NCBI GenBank assembly: GCA_964016885.1
Contig: OZ024762.1
Span: 30,504,001-30,568,000 of the forward strand
Source: Eledone cirrhosa
Taxonomy: Eukaryota
DNA length: 64,000 nucleotides
Direction: 5' to 3'
The stretch's first letter is position 1. Each line of letters begins with the position of its first letter. Positions 38,014 through 51,500 of this stretch are shown here, piece by piece. Both the position numbers and the translations under genes were made by a program. The notes beneath the pieces were generated by a model that saw only the letters and a program-made list of their open reading frames with translations, made no database searches and had not been told where the DNA came from.

Positions 38014-41000
38014 ATGGTACTAGCTGTCAGAAGTAACTCCACTGTTGGTGAGAATTCATTTAAGTTCATGGTATTAGCTGTCAGAAGGAACTCCACTGTT
38101 GGTGAGAATTCATTTAAGTTCATGGTATTAGCTGTCAGAAGTAACTCCACTGTTGGTGAGAATTCATTTAAGTTCATGGTACTAGCTGTCAGAAGTAACT
38201 CCAATGTTGGTGAGAATTCATTTAAGTTCATGGTATTAGCTGTCAGAAGTAACTCCACTGTTGGTGAGAATTCATTTAAGTTCATGGTATTAGCTGTCAG
38301 AAGTAACTCCACTGTTGGTGAGAATTCATTTAAGTTCATGGTACTAGCTGTCAGAAGTAACTCCACTGTTGGTGAGAATTCATTTAAGTTCATGGTACTA
38401 GCTGTCAGAAGTAACCCCAATGTTGGTGAGAATTCATTTACGTTCATGGTATTAGCTGTCAGAAGTCACTCCACTGTTGGTGAGAATTCATTTAAGTTCA
38501 TGGTATTAGCTGTCAGAAGTAACTCCACTGTTGGTGAGAATTCATTTAAGTTCATGGTATTAGCTGTCAGAAGTAACTCCACTGTTGGTGAGAATTCATT
38601 TAAGTTCATGGTATTAGCTGTCAGAAGGAACTCCAATGTTGGTGAGAATTCATTTAAGTTCATGGTACTAGCTGTCAGAAGGAACGCCACTGTTGGTGAG
38701 AATTCATTTAAGTCATGGTATTAGCTGTCAGAAGTAACTCCATTGTTGGTGGGCATTCATTTAAGTCATGGTACTAGCTGTCAGAAGTAACTCCACTGTT
38801 GGTGAGAATTCATTTAAGTTCATGGTATTAGCTGTCAGAAGGAACTCCACTGTTGGTGAGAATTCATTTAAGTTCATGGTATTAGCTGTCAGAAGTAACT
38901 CCACTGTTGGTGAGATTTCATTTAAGTTCATGGTACTAGCTGTCAGAAGTAACTCCACTGTTGGTGAGAATTCATTTAAGTTCATGGTACTAGCTGTCAG
39001 AAGGAACTCCACTGTTGGTGAGAATTCATTTAAGTTCATGGTATTAGCTGTCAGAAGTAACTGCAATGTTGGTGAGAATTCATTTAAGTCATGGTACTAG
39101 CTGTCAGAAGTAACTCCACTGTTGGTGAGAATTCATTTAAGTTCATGGTATTAGCTGTCAGAAGGAACTCCACTGTTGGTGAGAATTCATTTAAGTTCAT
39201 GGTATTAGCTGTCAGAAGTAACTCCACTGTTGGTGAGAATTCATTTAAGTTCACGGTACTAGCTGTCAGAAGTAACTCCAATGTTGGTGAGAATTCATAT
39301 AAGTTCATGGTATTAGCTGTCAGAAGTAACTCCACTGTTGGTGAGAATTCATTTAAGTTCATGGTACTAGCTGTCAGAAGTAACTCCACTGTTGGTGAGA
39401 ATTCATTTAAGTTCATGGTACTAGCCGTCAGAAGTAACTCCAATGTTGGTGAGAATTCAGTTAAGTTCATGGTATTAGTTGTCAGAAGTAACTCCACTGT
39501 TGGTGAGAATTCGTTTAAGTCATGGTATTAGCTGTCAGAAGTAACTCCATTGTTGGTGAGAATTCATTTAAGTTCATGGTACTAGCTGTCAGAAGTAACT
39601 CCACTGTTGGTGAGAATTCATTTAAGTTCATGGTACTAGCTGTCAGAAGTAACTCCACTGTTGGTGAGAATTCATTTAAGTTCATGGTACTAGCTGTCAG
39701 AAGTAACTCCACTGTTGGTGAGAATTCATTTAAGTTCATGGTACTAGCTGTCTGAAGTAACTCCACTGTTGGTGAGAATTCATTTAAGTTCATGGTACTA
39801 GCTGTCAGAAGTAACTCCAATGTTGGTGAGAATTCATTTAGGTCATGGTACTAGCTGTCAGAAGTAACTCCACTGTTGGTGAGAATTCATTTAAGTTCAT
39901 GGTATTAGCTGTCAGAAGGAACTCCACTGTTGGTGAGAATTCATTTAAGTTCATGGTATTAGCTGTCAGAAGTAACTCCACTGTTGGTGAGAATTCATTT
40001 AAGTTCATGGTACTAGCTGTCAGAAGGAACTCCACTGTTGGTGAGAATTCATTTAAGTTCATGGTATTAGCTGTCAGAAGTAACTCCACTGTTGGTGAGA
40101 ATTCATTTAAGTTCATGGTATTAGCTGTCAGAAGTAACTCCACTGTTGGTGAGAATTCATTTAAGTTCATGGTACTAGCTGTCAGAAGTAACTCCAATGT
40201 TGGTGAGAATTCATTTAGGTCATGGTACTAGCTGTCAGAAGTAACTCCACTGTTGGTGAGAATTCATTTAAGTTCATGGTATTAGCTGTCAGAAGTAACT
40301 CCACTGTTGGTGAGAATTCATGTAAGTTCATGGTACTAGCTGTCAGAAGTAACTCCACTGTTGGTGAGAATTCATTTAAGTTCATGGTACTAGCTGTCAG
40401 AAGTAACCCCAATGTTGGTGAGAATTCATTTAAGTTCATGGTATTAGCTGTCAGAAGTCACTCCATTGTTGGTGAGAATTCATTTAAGTTCATGGTATTA
40501 GCTGTCAGAAGTAACTCCACTGTTGGTGAGAATTCATTTAAGTTCATGGTATTAGCTGTCAGAAGTAACTCCACTGTTGGTGAGAATTCATTTAAGTTCA
40601 TGGTATTAGCTGTCAGAAGTAACTCCACTGTTGGTGAGAATTCATTTAAGTTCATGGTACTAGCTGTCAGAAGTAACTCCACTGTTGGTGAGAATTCATT
40701 TAAGTTCATGGTATTAGCTGTCAGAAGTAACTCCACTGTTGGTGAGAATTCATTTAAGTCATGGTATTAGCTGTCAGAAGTAACTCCATTGTTGGTGAGA
40801 ATTCATTTAAGTCATGGTACTATCTGTCAGAAGTAACTCCACTGTTGGTGAGAATTCATTTAAGTTCATGGTACTAGCTGTCAGAAGTAACTCCACTGTT
40901 GGTTAGAATTCATTTAAGTTCATGGTACTAGCTGTCAGAAGTAACTCCACTGTTGGTGAGAATTCATTTAAGTTCATGGTACTAGCTGTCAGAAGTAACT

Positions 41001-44000
41001 CCACTGTTGGTGAGAATTCATTTAAGTTCATGGTACTAGCTGTCAGAAGTAACTCCAATGTTGGTGAGAATTCATTTAAGTCATGGTACTAGTTGTCAGA
41101 AGTAACTCCACTGTTGGTGAGAATTCATTTAAGTTCATGGTATTAGCTGTCAGAAGGAACTCCACTGTTGGTGAGAATTCATTTAAGTTCATGGTATTAG
41201 CTGTCAGAAGTAACTCCACTGTTGGTGAGAATTCATTTAAGTTCATGGTACTAGCTGTCAGAAGTAACTCCACTGTTGGTGAGAATTCATTTAAGTTCAT
41301 GGTACTAGCTGTCAGAAGTAACCCCAATGTTGGTGAGAATTCATTTAAGTTCATGGTATTAGCTGTCAGAAGTCACTCCACTGTTGGTGAGAATTCATTT
41401 AAGTTCATGGTATTAGCTCGCAGAAGTAACTCCACTGTTGGTGAGAATTCATTTAAGTTCATGGTACTAGCTGTCTGAAGTAACTCCACTGTTGGTGAGA
41501 ATTCATTTAAGTTCATGGTACTAGCTGTCAGAAGTAACTCCAATGTTGGTGAGAATTCATTTAGGTCATGGTACTAGCTGTCAGAAGTAACTCCACTGTT
41601 GGTGAGAATTCATTTAAGTTCATGGTATTAGCTGTCAGAAGGAACTCCACTGTTGGTGAGAATTCATTTAAGTTCATGGTATTAGCTGTCAGAAGTAACT
41701 CCACTGTTGGTGAGAATTCATTTAAGTTCATGGTACTAGCTGTCAGAAGGAACTCCAATGTTGGTGAGAATTCATTTAAGTTCATGGTATTAGCTGTCAG
41801 AAGTAACTCCACTGTTGGTGAGAATTCATTTAAGTTCATGGTATTAGCTGTCAGAAGTAACTCCACTGTTGGTGAGAATTCATTTAAGTTCATGGTACTA
41901 GCTGTCAGAAGTAACTCCACTGTCGGTGAGAATTCATTTAAGTTCATGGTACTAGCTGTCAGAAGTAACCCCAATGTTGGTGAGAATTCATTTACGTTCA
42001 TGGTATTAGCTGTCAGAAGTCACTCCACTGTTGGTGAGAATTCATTTAAGTTCATGGTATTAGCTGTCAGAAGTAACTCCACTGTTGGTGAGAATTCATT
42101 TAAGTTCATGGTATTAGCTGTCAGAAGTAACTCCACTGTTGGTGAGAATTCATTTAAGTTCATGGTATTAGCTGTCAGAAGGAACTCCAATGTTGGTGAG
42201 AATTCATTTAAGTTCATGGTATTAGCTGTCAGAAGGAACGCCACTGTTGGTGAGAATTCATTTAAGTCATGGTATTAGCTGTCAGAAGTAACTCCATTGT
42301 TGGTGGGCATTCATTTAAGTCATGGTACTAGCTGTCAGAAGTAACTCCACTGTTGGTGAGAATTCATTTAAGTTCATGGTATTAGCTGTCAGAAGGAACT
42401 CCACTGTTGGTGAGAATTCATTTAAGTTCATGGTATTAGCTGTCAGAAGTAACTCCACTGTTGGTGAGATTTCATTTAAGTTCATGGTACTAGCTGTCAG
42501 AAGTAACTCCACTGTTGGTGAGAATTCATTTAAGTTCATGGTACTAGCTGTCAGAAGGAACTCCACTGTTGGTGAGAATTCATTTAAGTTCATGGTATTA
42601 GCTGTCAGAAGTAACTGCAATGTTGGTGAGAATTCATTTAAGTCATGGTACTAGCTGTCAGAAGTAACTCCACTGTTGGTGAGAATTCATTTAAGTTCAT
42701 GGTATTAGCTGTCAGAAGGAACTCCACTGTTGGTGAGAATTCATTTAAGTTCATGGTATTAGCTGTCAGAAGTAACTCCACTGTTGGTGAGAATTCATTT
42801 AAGTTCACGGTACTAGCTGTCAGAAGTAACTCCAATGTTGGTGAGAATTCATATATGTTCATGGTATTAGCTGTCAGAAGTAACTCCACTGTTGGTGAGA
42901 ATTCATTTAAGTTCATGGTACTAGCTGTCAGAAGTAACTCCACTGTTGGTGAGAATTCATTTAAGTTCATGGTACTAGCCGTCAGAAGTAACTCCAATGT
43001 TGGTGAGAATTCAGTTAAGTTCATGGTATTAGTTGTCAGAAGTAACTCCACTGTTGGTGAGAATTCGTTTAAGTCATGGTATTAGCTGTCAGAAGTAACT
43101 CCATTGTTGGTGAGAATTCATTTAAGTTCATGGTACTAGCTGTCAGAAGTAACTCCACTGTTGGTGAGAATTCATTTAAGTTCATGGTACTAGCTGTCAG
43201 AAGTAACTCCACTGTTGGTGAGAATTCATTTAAGTTCATGGTACTAGCTGTCAGAAGTAACTCCACTGTTGGTGAGAATTCATTTAAGTTCATGGTACTA
43301 GCTGTCTGAAGTAACTCCACTGTTGGTGAGAATTCATTTAAGTTCATGGTACTAGCTGTCAGAAGTAACTCCAATGTTGGTGAGAATTCATTTAGGTCAT
43401 GGTACTAGCTGTCAGAAGTAACTCCACTGTTGGTGAGAATTCATTTAAGTTCATGGTATTAGCTGTCAGAAGGAACTCCACTGTTGGTGAGAATTCATTT
43501 AAGTTCATGGTATTAGCTGTCAGAAGTAACTCCACTGTTGGTGAGAATTCATTTAAGTTCATGGTACTAGCTGTCAGAAGGAACTCCACTGTTGGTGAGA
43601 ATTCATTTAAGTTCATGGTATTAGCTGTCAGAAGTAACTCCACTGTTGGTGAGAATTCATTTAAGTTCATGGTACTAGCTGTCAGAAGTAACTCCACTGT
43701 TGGTGAGAATTCATTTAAGTTCATGGTACTAGCTGTCAGAAGGAACTCCACTGTTGGTGAGAATTCATTTAAGTTCATGGTATTAGCTGTCAGAAGTAAC
43801 TGCAATGTTGGTGAGAATTCATTTAAGTCATGGTACTAGCTGTCAGAAGTAACTCCACTGTTGGTGAGAATTCATTTAAGTTCATGGTATTAGCTGTCAG
43901 AAGGAACTCCACTGTTGGTGAGAATTCATTTAAGTTCATGGTATTAGCTGTCAGAAGTAACTCCACTGTTGGTGAGAATTCATTTAAGTTCACGGTACTA

Positions 44001-44583
44001 GCTGTCAGAAGTAACTCCAATGTTGGTGAGAATTCATATATGTTCATGGTATTAGCTGTCAGAAGTAACTCCACTGTTGGTGAGAATTCATTTAAGTTCA
44101 TGGTACTAGCTGTCAGAAGTAACTCCACTGTTGGTGAGAATTCATTTAAGTTCATGGTACTAGCCGTCAGAAGTAACTCCAATGTTGGTGAGAATTCAGT
44201 TAAGTTCATGGTATTAGTTGTCAGAAGTAACTCCACTGTTGGTGAGAATTCGTTTAAGTCATGGTATTAGCTGTCAGAAGTAACTCCATTGTTGGTGAGA
44301 ATTCATTTAAGTTCATGGTACTAGCTGTCAGAAGTAACTCCACTGTTGGTGAGAATTCATTTAAGTTCATGGTACTAGCTGTCAGAAGTAACTCCACTGT
44401 TGGTGAGAATTCATTTAAGTTCATGGTACTAGCTGTCAGAAGTAACTCCACTGTTGGTGAGAATTCATTTAAGTTCATGGTACTAGCTGTCTGAAGTAAC
44501 TCCACTGTTGGTGAGAATTCATTTAAGTTCATGGTACTAGCTGTCAGAAGTAACTCCAATGTTGGTGAGAATTCATTTAGGTC
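34998..44583. repeat. Middle-domain HOR copies with offsets 3016, 3554 and 1185 bp
   Basis: Matching blocks at 34998/38014/41568, 35752/38768/42322, 36075/39091/42645/43830 and 36506/39522/43076/44261. Shared markers are GCCGTC, AATTCGTTT, GTCTGAAG and TTTAGGTC. Confidence 0.85.
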
Positions 44584-47500
44584 ATGGTACTAGCTGTCAG
44601 AAGTAACTCCACTGTTGGTGAGAATTCATTTAAGTTCATGGTATTAGCTGTCAGAAGGAACTCCACTGTTGGTGAGAATTCATTTAAGTTCATGGTATTA
44701 GCTGTCAGAAGTAACTCCACTGTTGGTGAGAATTCATTTAAGTTCATGGTACTAGCTGTCAGAAGGAACTCCACTGTTGGTGAGAATTCATTTAAGTTCA
44801 TGGTATTAGCTGTCAGAAGTAACTCCACTGTTGGTGAGAATTCATTTAAGTTCATGGTACTAGCTGTCAGAAGTAACTCCACTGTTGGTGAGAATTCATT
44901 TAAGTTCATGGTACTAGCTGTCAGAAATAACCCCAATGTTGGTGAGAATTTATTTACGTTCATGGTATTAGCTGTCAGAAGTCACTCCACTGTTGGTGAG
45001 AATTCATTTAAGTTCATGGTATTAGCTGTCAGAAGTAACTCCACTGTTGGTGAGAATTCATTTAAGTTCATGGTATTAGCTGTCAGAAGTAACTCCACTG
45101 TTGGTGAGAATTCATTTAAGTTCATGGTATTAGCTGTCAGAAGTAACTCCACTGTTGGTGAGAATTCATTTAAGTTCATGGTACTAGCTGTCAGAAGTAA
45201 CTCCACTGTTGGTGAGAATTCATTTAAATTCATGGTATTAGCTGTCAGAAGTAACTCCACTGTTGGTGAGAATTCATTTAAGTTCATGGTATTAGCTGTC
45301 AGAAGTAACTCCAATGTTGGTGAGAATTCATTTAAGTTCATGGTATTAGCTGTCAGAAGGAACGCCACTGTTGGTGAGAATTCATTTAAGTCATGGTATT
45401 AGCTGTCAGAAGTAACTCCATTGTTGGTGAGAATTCATTTAAGTCATGGTACTAGCTGTCAGAAGTAACTCCACTGTTGGTGAGAATTCATTTAAGTTCA
45501 TGGTATTAGCTGTCAGAAGGAACTCCACTGTTGGTGAGAATTCATTTAAGTTCATGGTATTAGCTGTCAGAAGTAACTCCACTGTTGGTGAGAATTCATT
45601 TAAGTTCATGGTACTAGCTGTCAGAAGTAACTCCACTGTTGTTGAGAATTCATTTAAGTTCATGGTACTAGCTGTCAGAAGGAACTCCACTGTTGGTGAG
45701 AATTCATTTAAGTTCATGGTATTAGCTGTCAGAAGTAACTCCAATGTTGGTGAGAATTCATTTAAGTCATGGTACTAGCTGTCAGAAGTAACTCCACTGT
45801 TGGTGAGAATTCATTTAAGTTCATGGTATTAGCTGTCAGAAGGAACTCCACTGTTGGTGAGAATTCATTTAAGTTCATGGTATTAGCTGTCAGAAGTAAC
45901 TCCACTGATGGTGAGAATTCATATAAGTTCACGGTACTAGCTGTCAGAAGTAACTCCAATGTTGGTGAGAATTCATATAAGTTCATGGTATTAGCTGTCA
46001 GAAGTAACTCCACTGTTGGTGAGAATTCATTTAAGTTCATGGTACTAGCTGTCAGAAGTAACTCCACTGTTGGTGAGAATTCATTTAAGTTCATGGTACT
46101 AGCTGTCAGAAGTAACTCCACTGTTGGTGAGAATTCATTTAAGTTCATGGTACTAGCTGTCAGAAGTAACTCCAATGTTGGTGAGAATTCAGTTAAGTTC
46201 ATGGTATTAGTTGTCAGAAGTAACTCCACTGTTGGTGAGAATTCATTTAAATCATGGTATTAGTTGTCAGAAGTAACTCCAATGTTGCTGAGAATTCATT
46301 TAAGTTCATGGTACTAGCTGTCAGAAGTAACTCCACTGTTGGTGAGAATTCATTTAAGTTCATGGTACTAGCTGTCAGAAGTAACTCCACTGTTGGTGAG
46401 AATTCATTTAAGTTCATGGTACTAGCTGTCAGAAGTAACTCCACTGTTGGTGAGAATTCATTTAAGTCATGGTATTAGCTGTCAGAAGTAACTCCATTGT
46501 TGGTGAGAATTCATTTAAGTCATGGTACTAGCTGTCAGAAGGAACTCCACTGTTGGTGAGAATTCATTTAAGTTCATGGTACTAGCTGTCAGAAGTAACT
46601 CCACTGTTGGTGGGAATTCATTTAAGTTCATGGTACTAGCTGTCAGAAGTAACTCCACTGTTGGTGAGAATTCATTTAAGTTCATGGTATTAGCTGTCAG
46701 AAGTCACTCCACTGTTGGTGAGAATTCATTTAAGTTCAAGGTATTAGCTGTCAGAAGTAACTCCACTGTTGGTGAGAATTCATTTAAGTTCATGGTATTA
46801 GCTGTCAGAAGTAACTCCACTGTTGGTGAGAATTCATTTAAGTTCATGGTACTAGCTGTCAGAAGTAACTCCACTGTTGGTGAGAATTCATTTAAGTTCA
46901 TGGTACTAGCTGTCAGAAGTAACTCCACTGTTGGTGAGAATTCATTTAAGTTCATGGTATTAGCTATCAGAAGTCACTCCACTGTTGGTGAGAATTCATT
47001 TAAGTTCATGGTATTAGCTGTCAGAAGTAACTCCACTGTTGGTGAGAATTCATTTAAGTTCATGGTACTAGCTGTCAGAAGTAACTCCACTGTTGGTGAG
47101 AATTCATTTAAGTTCATGGTACTAGCTGTCAGAAGTAACTCCAATGTTGGTGAGAATTCATTTAAGTTCATGGTATTAGCTGTCAGAAGTAACTCCACTG
47201 TTGGTGAGAATTCATTTAAGTTCATGGTACTAGCTGTCAGAAGTAACTCCACTGTTGGTGAGAATTCATTTAAGTTCATGGTATTAGCTGTCAGAAGTAA
47301 CTCCACTGTTGGTGAGAATTCATTTAAGTTCATGGTACTAGCTGTCAGAAGTCACTCCAATGTTGGTGAGAATTCATTTAAGTTCATGGTATTAGCTGTC
47401 AGAAGTCACTCCACTGTTGGTGAGAATTCATTTATGTTCATGGTACTAGCTGTCAGAAGTAACCCCAATGTTGGTGAGAATTCATTTAAGTTCATGGTAT

Positions 47501-48567
47501 TAGCTGTCAGAAGTCACTCCAATGTTGGTGAGAATTCATTTAAGTTCATGGTATTAGCTGTCAGAAGTAACTCCACTGTTGGTGAGAATTCATTTAAGTT
47601 CATGGTATTAGCTGTCAGAAGGAACTCCAATGTTGGTGAGAATTCATTTAAGTCATGGTACTAGCTGTCAGAAGTAACTCCACTGTTGGTGTGAATTCAT
47701 TTAAGTTCATGGTATTAGCTGTCAGAAGTAACTCCACTGTTGGTGAGAATTCATTTAAGTCATGGTATTAGTTGTCAGAAGTAACTCCAATGTTGGTGAG
47801 AATTCATTTAAGTCATGGTACTAGCTGTCAGAAGTAACTCCAATGTTGGTGAGAATTCATTTAAGTTCATGGTATTAGCTGTCAGAAGGAACTCCACTGT
47901 TGGTGAGAATTCATTTAAGTTCATGTTATTAGCTGTCAGAAGTAACTCCACTGTTGGTGAGAATTCATTTAAGTTCATGGTACTAGCTGTCAGAAGTAAC
48001 TCCAATGTTGGTGAGAATTCATTTAAGTTCATGGTATTAGCTGTCAGAAGTAACTCCACTGTTGGTGAGAATTCATTTAAGTCATGGTATTAGCTGTCAG
48101 AAGTAACTCCAATGTTGGTGAGAATTCATTTAAGTTCATGGTATTAGCTGTCAGAAGTAACTCCACTGTTGGTGAGAATTCATTTAAGTTCATGGTATTA
48201 GCTGTCAGAAGTAACTCCACTGTTGGTGAGAATTCATTTAAGTTCATGGTACTAGCTGTCAGAAGTAACTCCACTGTTGGTGGGAATTCATTTAAGTTCA
48301 TGGAATTAGTTTGTCAGAAGTAACTCCACTGTTGGTGAGAATTCATTTAAGTCATGGTATTAGTTGTCAGAAGTAACTCCAATGTTGGTGAGAATTCATT
48401 TAAGTTCATGGTACTAGCTGTCAGAAGTAACTCCACTGTTGGTGAGAATTCATTTAAGTTCATGGTATTAGCTGTCAGAAGTAACTCCACTGTTGGTGAG
48501 AATTCATTTAAGTCATGGTATTAGCTGTCAGAAGTAACTCCAATGTTGGTGAGAATTCATTTAAGTC

Positions 48568-51500
48568 ATGGTACTAGCTGTCAGAAGTAACTCCAATGTT
48601 GGTGAGAATTCATTTAAGTTCATGGTATTAGCTGTTAGAAGGAACTCCACTGTTGGTGAGAATTCATTTAAGTTCATGGTATTAGCTGTCAGAAGTAACT
48701 CCACTGTTGGTGAGAATTCATTTAAGTTCATGGTACTAGCTGTCAGAAGTAACTCCACTGTTGGTGAGAATTCAGTTAAGTTCATGGTACTAGCTGTCAG
48801 AAGTCACTCCAATGTTGGTGAGAATTCATTTAAGTTCATGGTACTAGCTGTCAGAAGTAACTCCACTGTTGGTGAGAATTCATTTAAGTTGATGGTATTA
48901 GCTGTCAGAAGGAACACCACTGTTGGTGAGAATTCATTTAAGTTCATGGTACTAGCTGTCAGAAGTAACTCCACTGTTGGTGAGAATTCAGTTAAGTTCA
49001 TGGTACTAGCTGTCAGAAGTCACTCCAATGTTGGTGAGAATTCATTTAAGTTCATGGTACTAGCTGTCAGAAGTAACTCCACTGTTGGTGAGAATTCATT
49101 TAAGTTCATGGTATTAGCTGTCAGAAGGAACACCACTGTTGGTGAGAATTCATTTAAGTTCATGGTATTAGCTGTCAGATGTAACTCCACTGTTGGTGAG
49201 AATTCATTTAGGTTCATGGTACTAGCTGTCAGAAGTAACTCCACTGTTGGTGAGAATTCAGTTAAGTTCATGGTATTAGTTGTCAGAAGTAACTCCACTG
49301 TTGGTGAGAATTCATTTAAATCATGGTATTAGTTGTCAGAAGTAACTCCAATGTTGGTGAGAATTCATTTAAGTTCATGGTACTAGCTGTCAGAAGTAAG
49401 TCCACTGTTGGTGAGAATTCATTTAAGTTCATGGTATTAGCTGTCAGAAGTAACTCCACTGTTGGTGAGAATTCATTTAAGTCATGGTATTAGCTGTCAG
49501 AAGTAACTCCATTGTTGGTGAGAATTCATTTAAGTCATGGTACTAGCTGTCAGAAGTAACTCCACTGTTGGTGAGAATTCATTTAAGTTCATGGTATTAG
49601 CTGTCAGAAGGAACTCCACTGTTGGTGAGAATTCATTTAAGTTCATGGTACTAGCTGTCAGAAGTAACTCCACTGTTGGTGAGAATTCATTTAAGTTCAT
49701 GGTACTAGCTGTCAGAAGGAACTCCACTGTTGGTGAGAATTCATTTAAGTTCATGGTATTAGCTGTCAGAAGTAACTCCAATGTTGGTGAGAATTCATTT
49801 AAGTCATGGTACTAGCTGTCAGAAGTAACTCCACTGTTGGTGAGAATTCATTTAAGTTTATGGTATTAGCTGTCAGAAGGAACTCCACTGTTGGTGAGAA
49901 TTCATTTAAGTTCATGGTATTAGCTGTCAGAAGTAACTCCAATGTTGGTGAGAATTCATTTAAGTTCATGGTATTAGCTGTCAGAAGTAACTCCACTGTT
50001 GGTGAGAATTCATTTAAGTTCATGGTATTAGCTGTCAGAAGTAACTCCACTGTTGGTGAGAATTCATGTAAGTTCATGGTACTAGCTGTCAGAAGTAACT
50101 CCACTGTTGGTGAGAATTCATTTAAGTTCATGGTACTAGCTGTCAGAAGTAACCCCAATGTTGGTGAGAATTCATTTAAGTTCATGGTATTAGCTGTCAG
50201 AAGTCACTCCATTGTTGGTGAGAATTCATTTAAGTTCATGGTATTAGCTGTCAGAAGTAACTCCACTGTTGGTGAGAATTCATTTAAGTTCATGGTATTA
50301 GCTGTCAGAAGTAACTCCACTGTTGGTGAGAATTCATTTAAGTTCATGGTATTAGCTGTCAGAAGTAACTCCACTGTTGGTGAGAATTCATTTAAGTTCA
50401 TGGTACTAGCTGTCAGAAGTAACTCCACTGTTGGTGAGAATTCATTTAAGTTCATGGTATTAGCTGTCAGAAGTAACTCCACTGTTGGTGAGAATTCATT
50501 TAAGTCATGGTATTAGCTGTCAGAAGTAACTCCATTGTTGGTGAGAATTCATTTAAGTCATGGTACTATCTGTCAGAAGTAACTCCACTGTTGGTGAGAA
50601 TTCATTTAAGTTCATGGTACTAGCTGTCAGAAGTAACTCCACTGTTGGTTAGAATTCATTTAAGTTCATGGTACTAGCTGTCAGAAGTAACTACACTGTT
50701 GGTGAGAATTCATTTAAGTTCATGGTACTAGCTGTCAGAAGTAACTCCACTGTTGGTGAGAATTCATTTAAGTTCATGGTACTAGCTGTCAGAAGTAACT
50801 CCAATGTTGGTGAGAATTCATTTAAGTCATGGTACTAGCTGTCAGAAGTAACTCCACTGTTGGTGAGAATTCATTTAAGTTCATGGTATTAGCTGTCAGA
50901 AGGAACTCCACTGTTGGTGAGAATTCATTTAAGTTCATGGTATTAGCTGTCAGAAGTAACACCACTGTTGGTGAGAATTCATTTAAGTTCATGGTACTAG
51001 CTGTCAGAAGTAACTCCACTGTTGGTGAGAATTCATTTAAGTTCATGGTACTAGCTGTCAGAAGTAACCCCAATGTTGGTGAGAATTCATTTAAGTTCAT
51101 GGTATTAGCTGTCAGAAGTCACTCCACTGTTGGTGAGAATTCATTTAAGTTCATGGTATTAGCTGTCAGAAGTAACTCCACTGTTGGTGAGAATTCATTT
51201 AAGTTCATGGTATTAGCTGTCAGAAGTAACTCCACTGTTGGTGAGAATTCATTTAAGTTCATGGTACTAGCTGTCAGAAGTAACTCCACTGTTGGTGAGA
51301 ATTCATTTAAATCATGGTACTAGCTGTCAGAAGTAACTCCACTGTTGGTGAGAATTCATTTAAGTTCATGGTACTAGCTGTCAGAAGTAACCCCAATGTT
51401 GGTGAGAATTCATTTAAGTTCATGGTATTAGCTGTCAGAAGTCACTCCACTGTTGGTGAGAATTCATTTAAGTTCATGGTATTAGCTGTCAGAAGTAACT

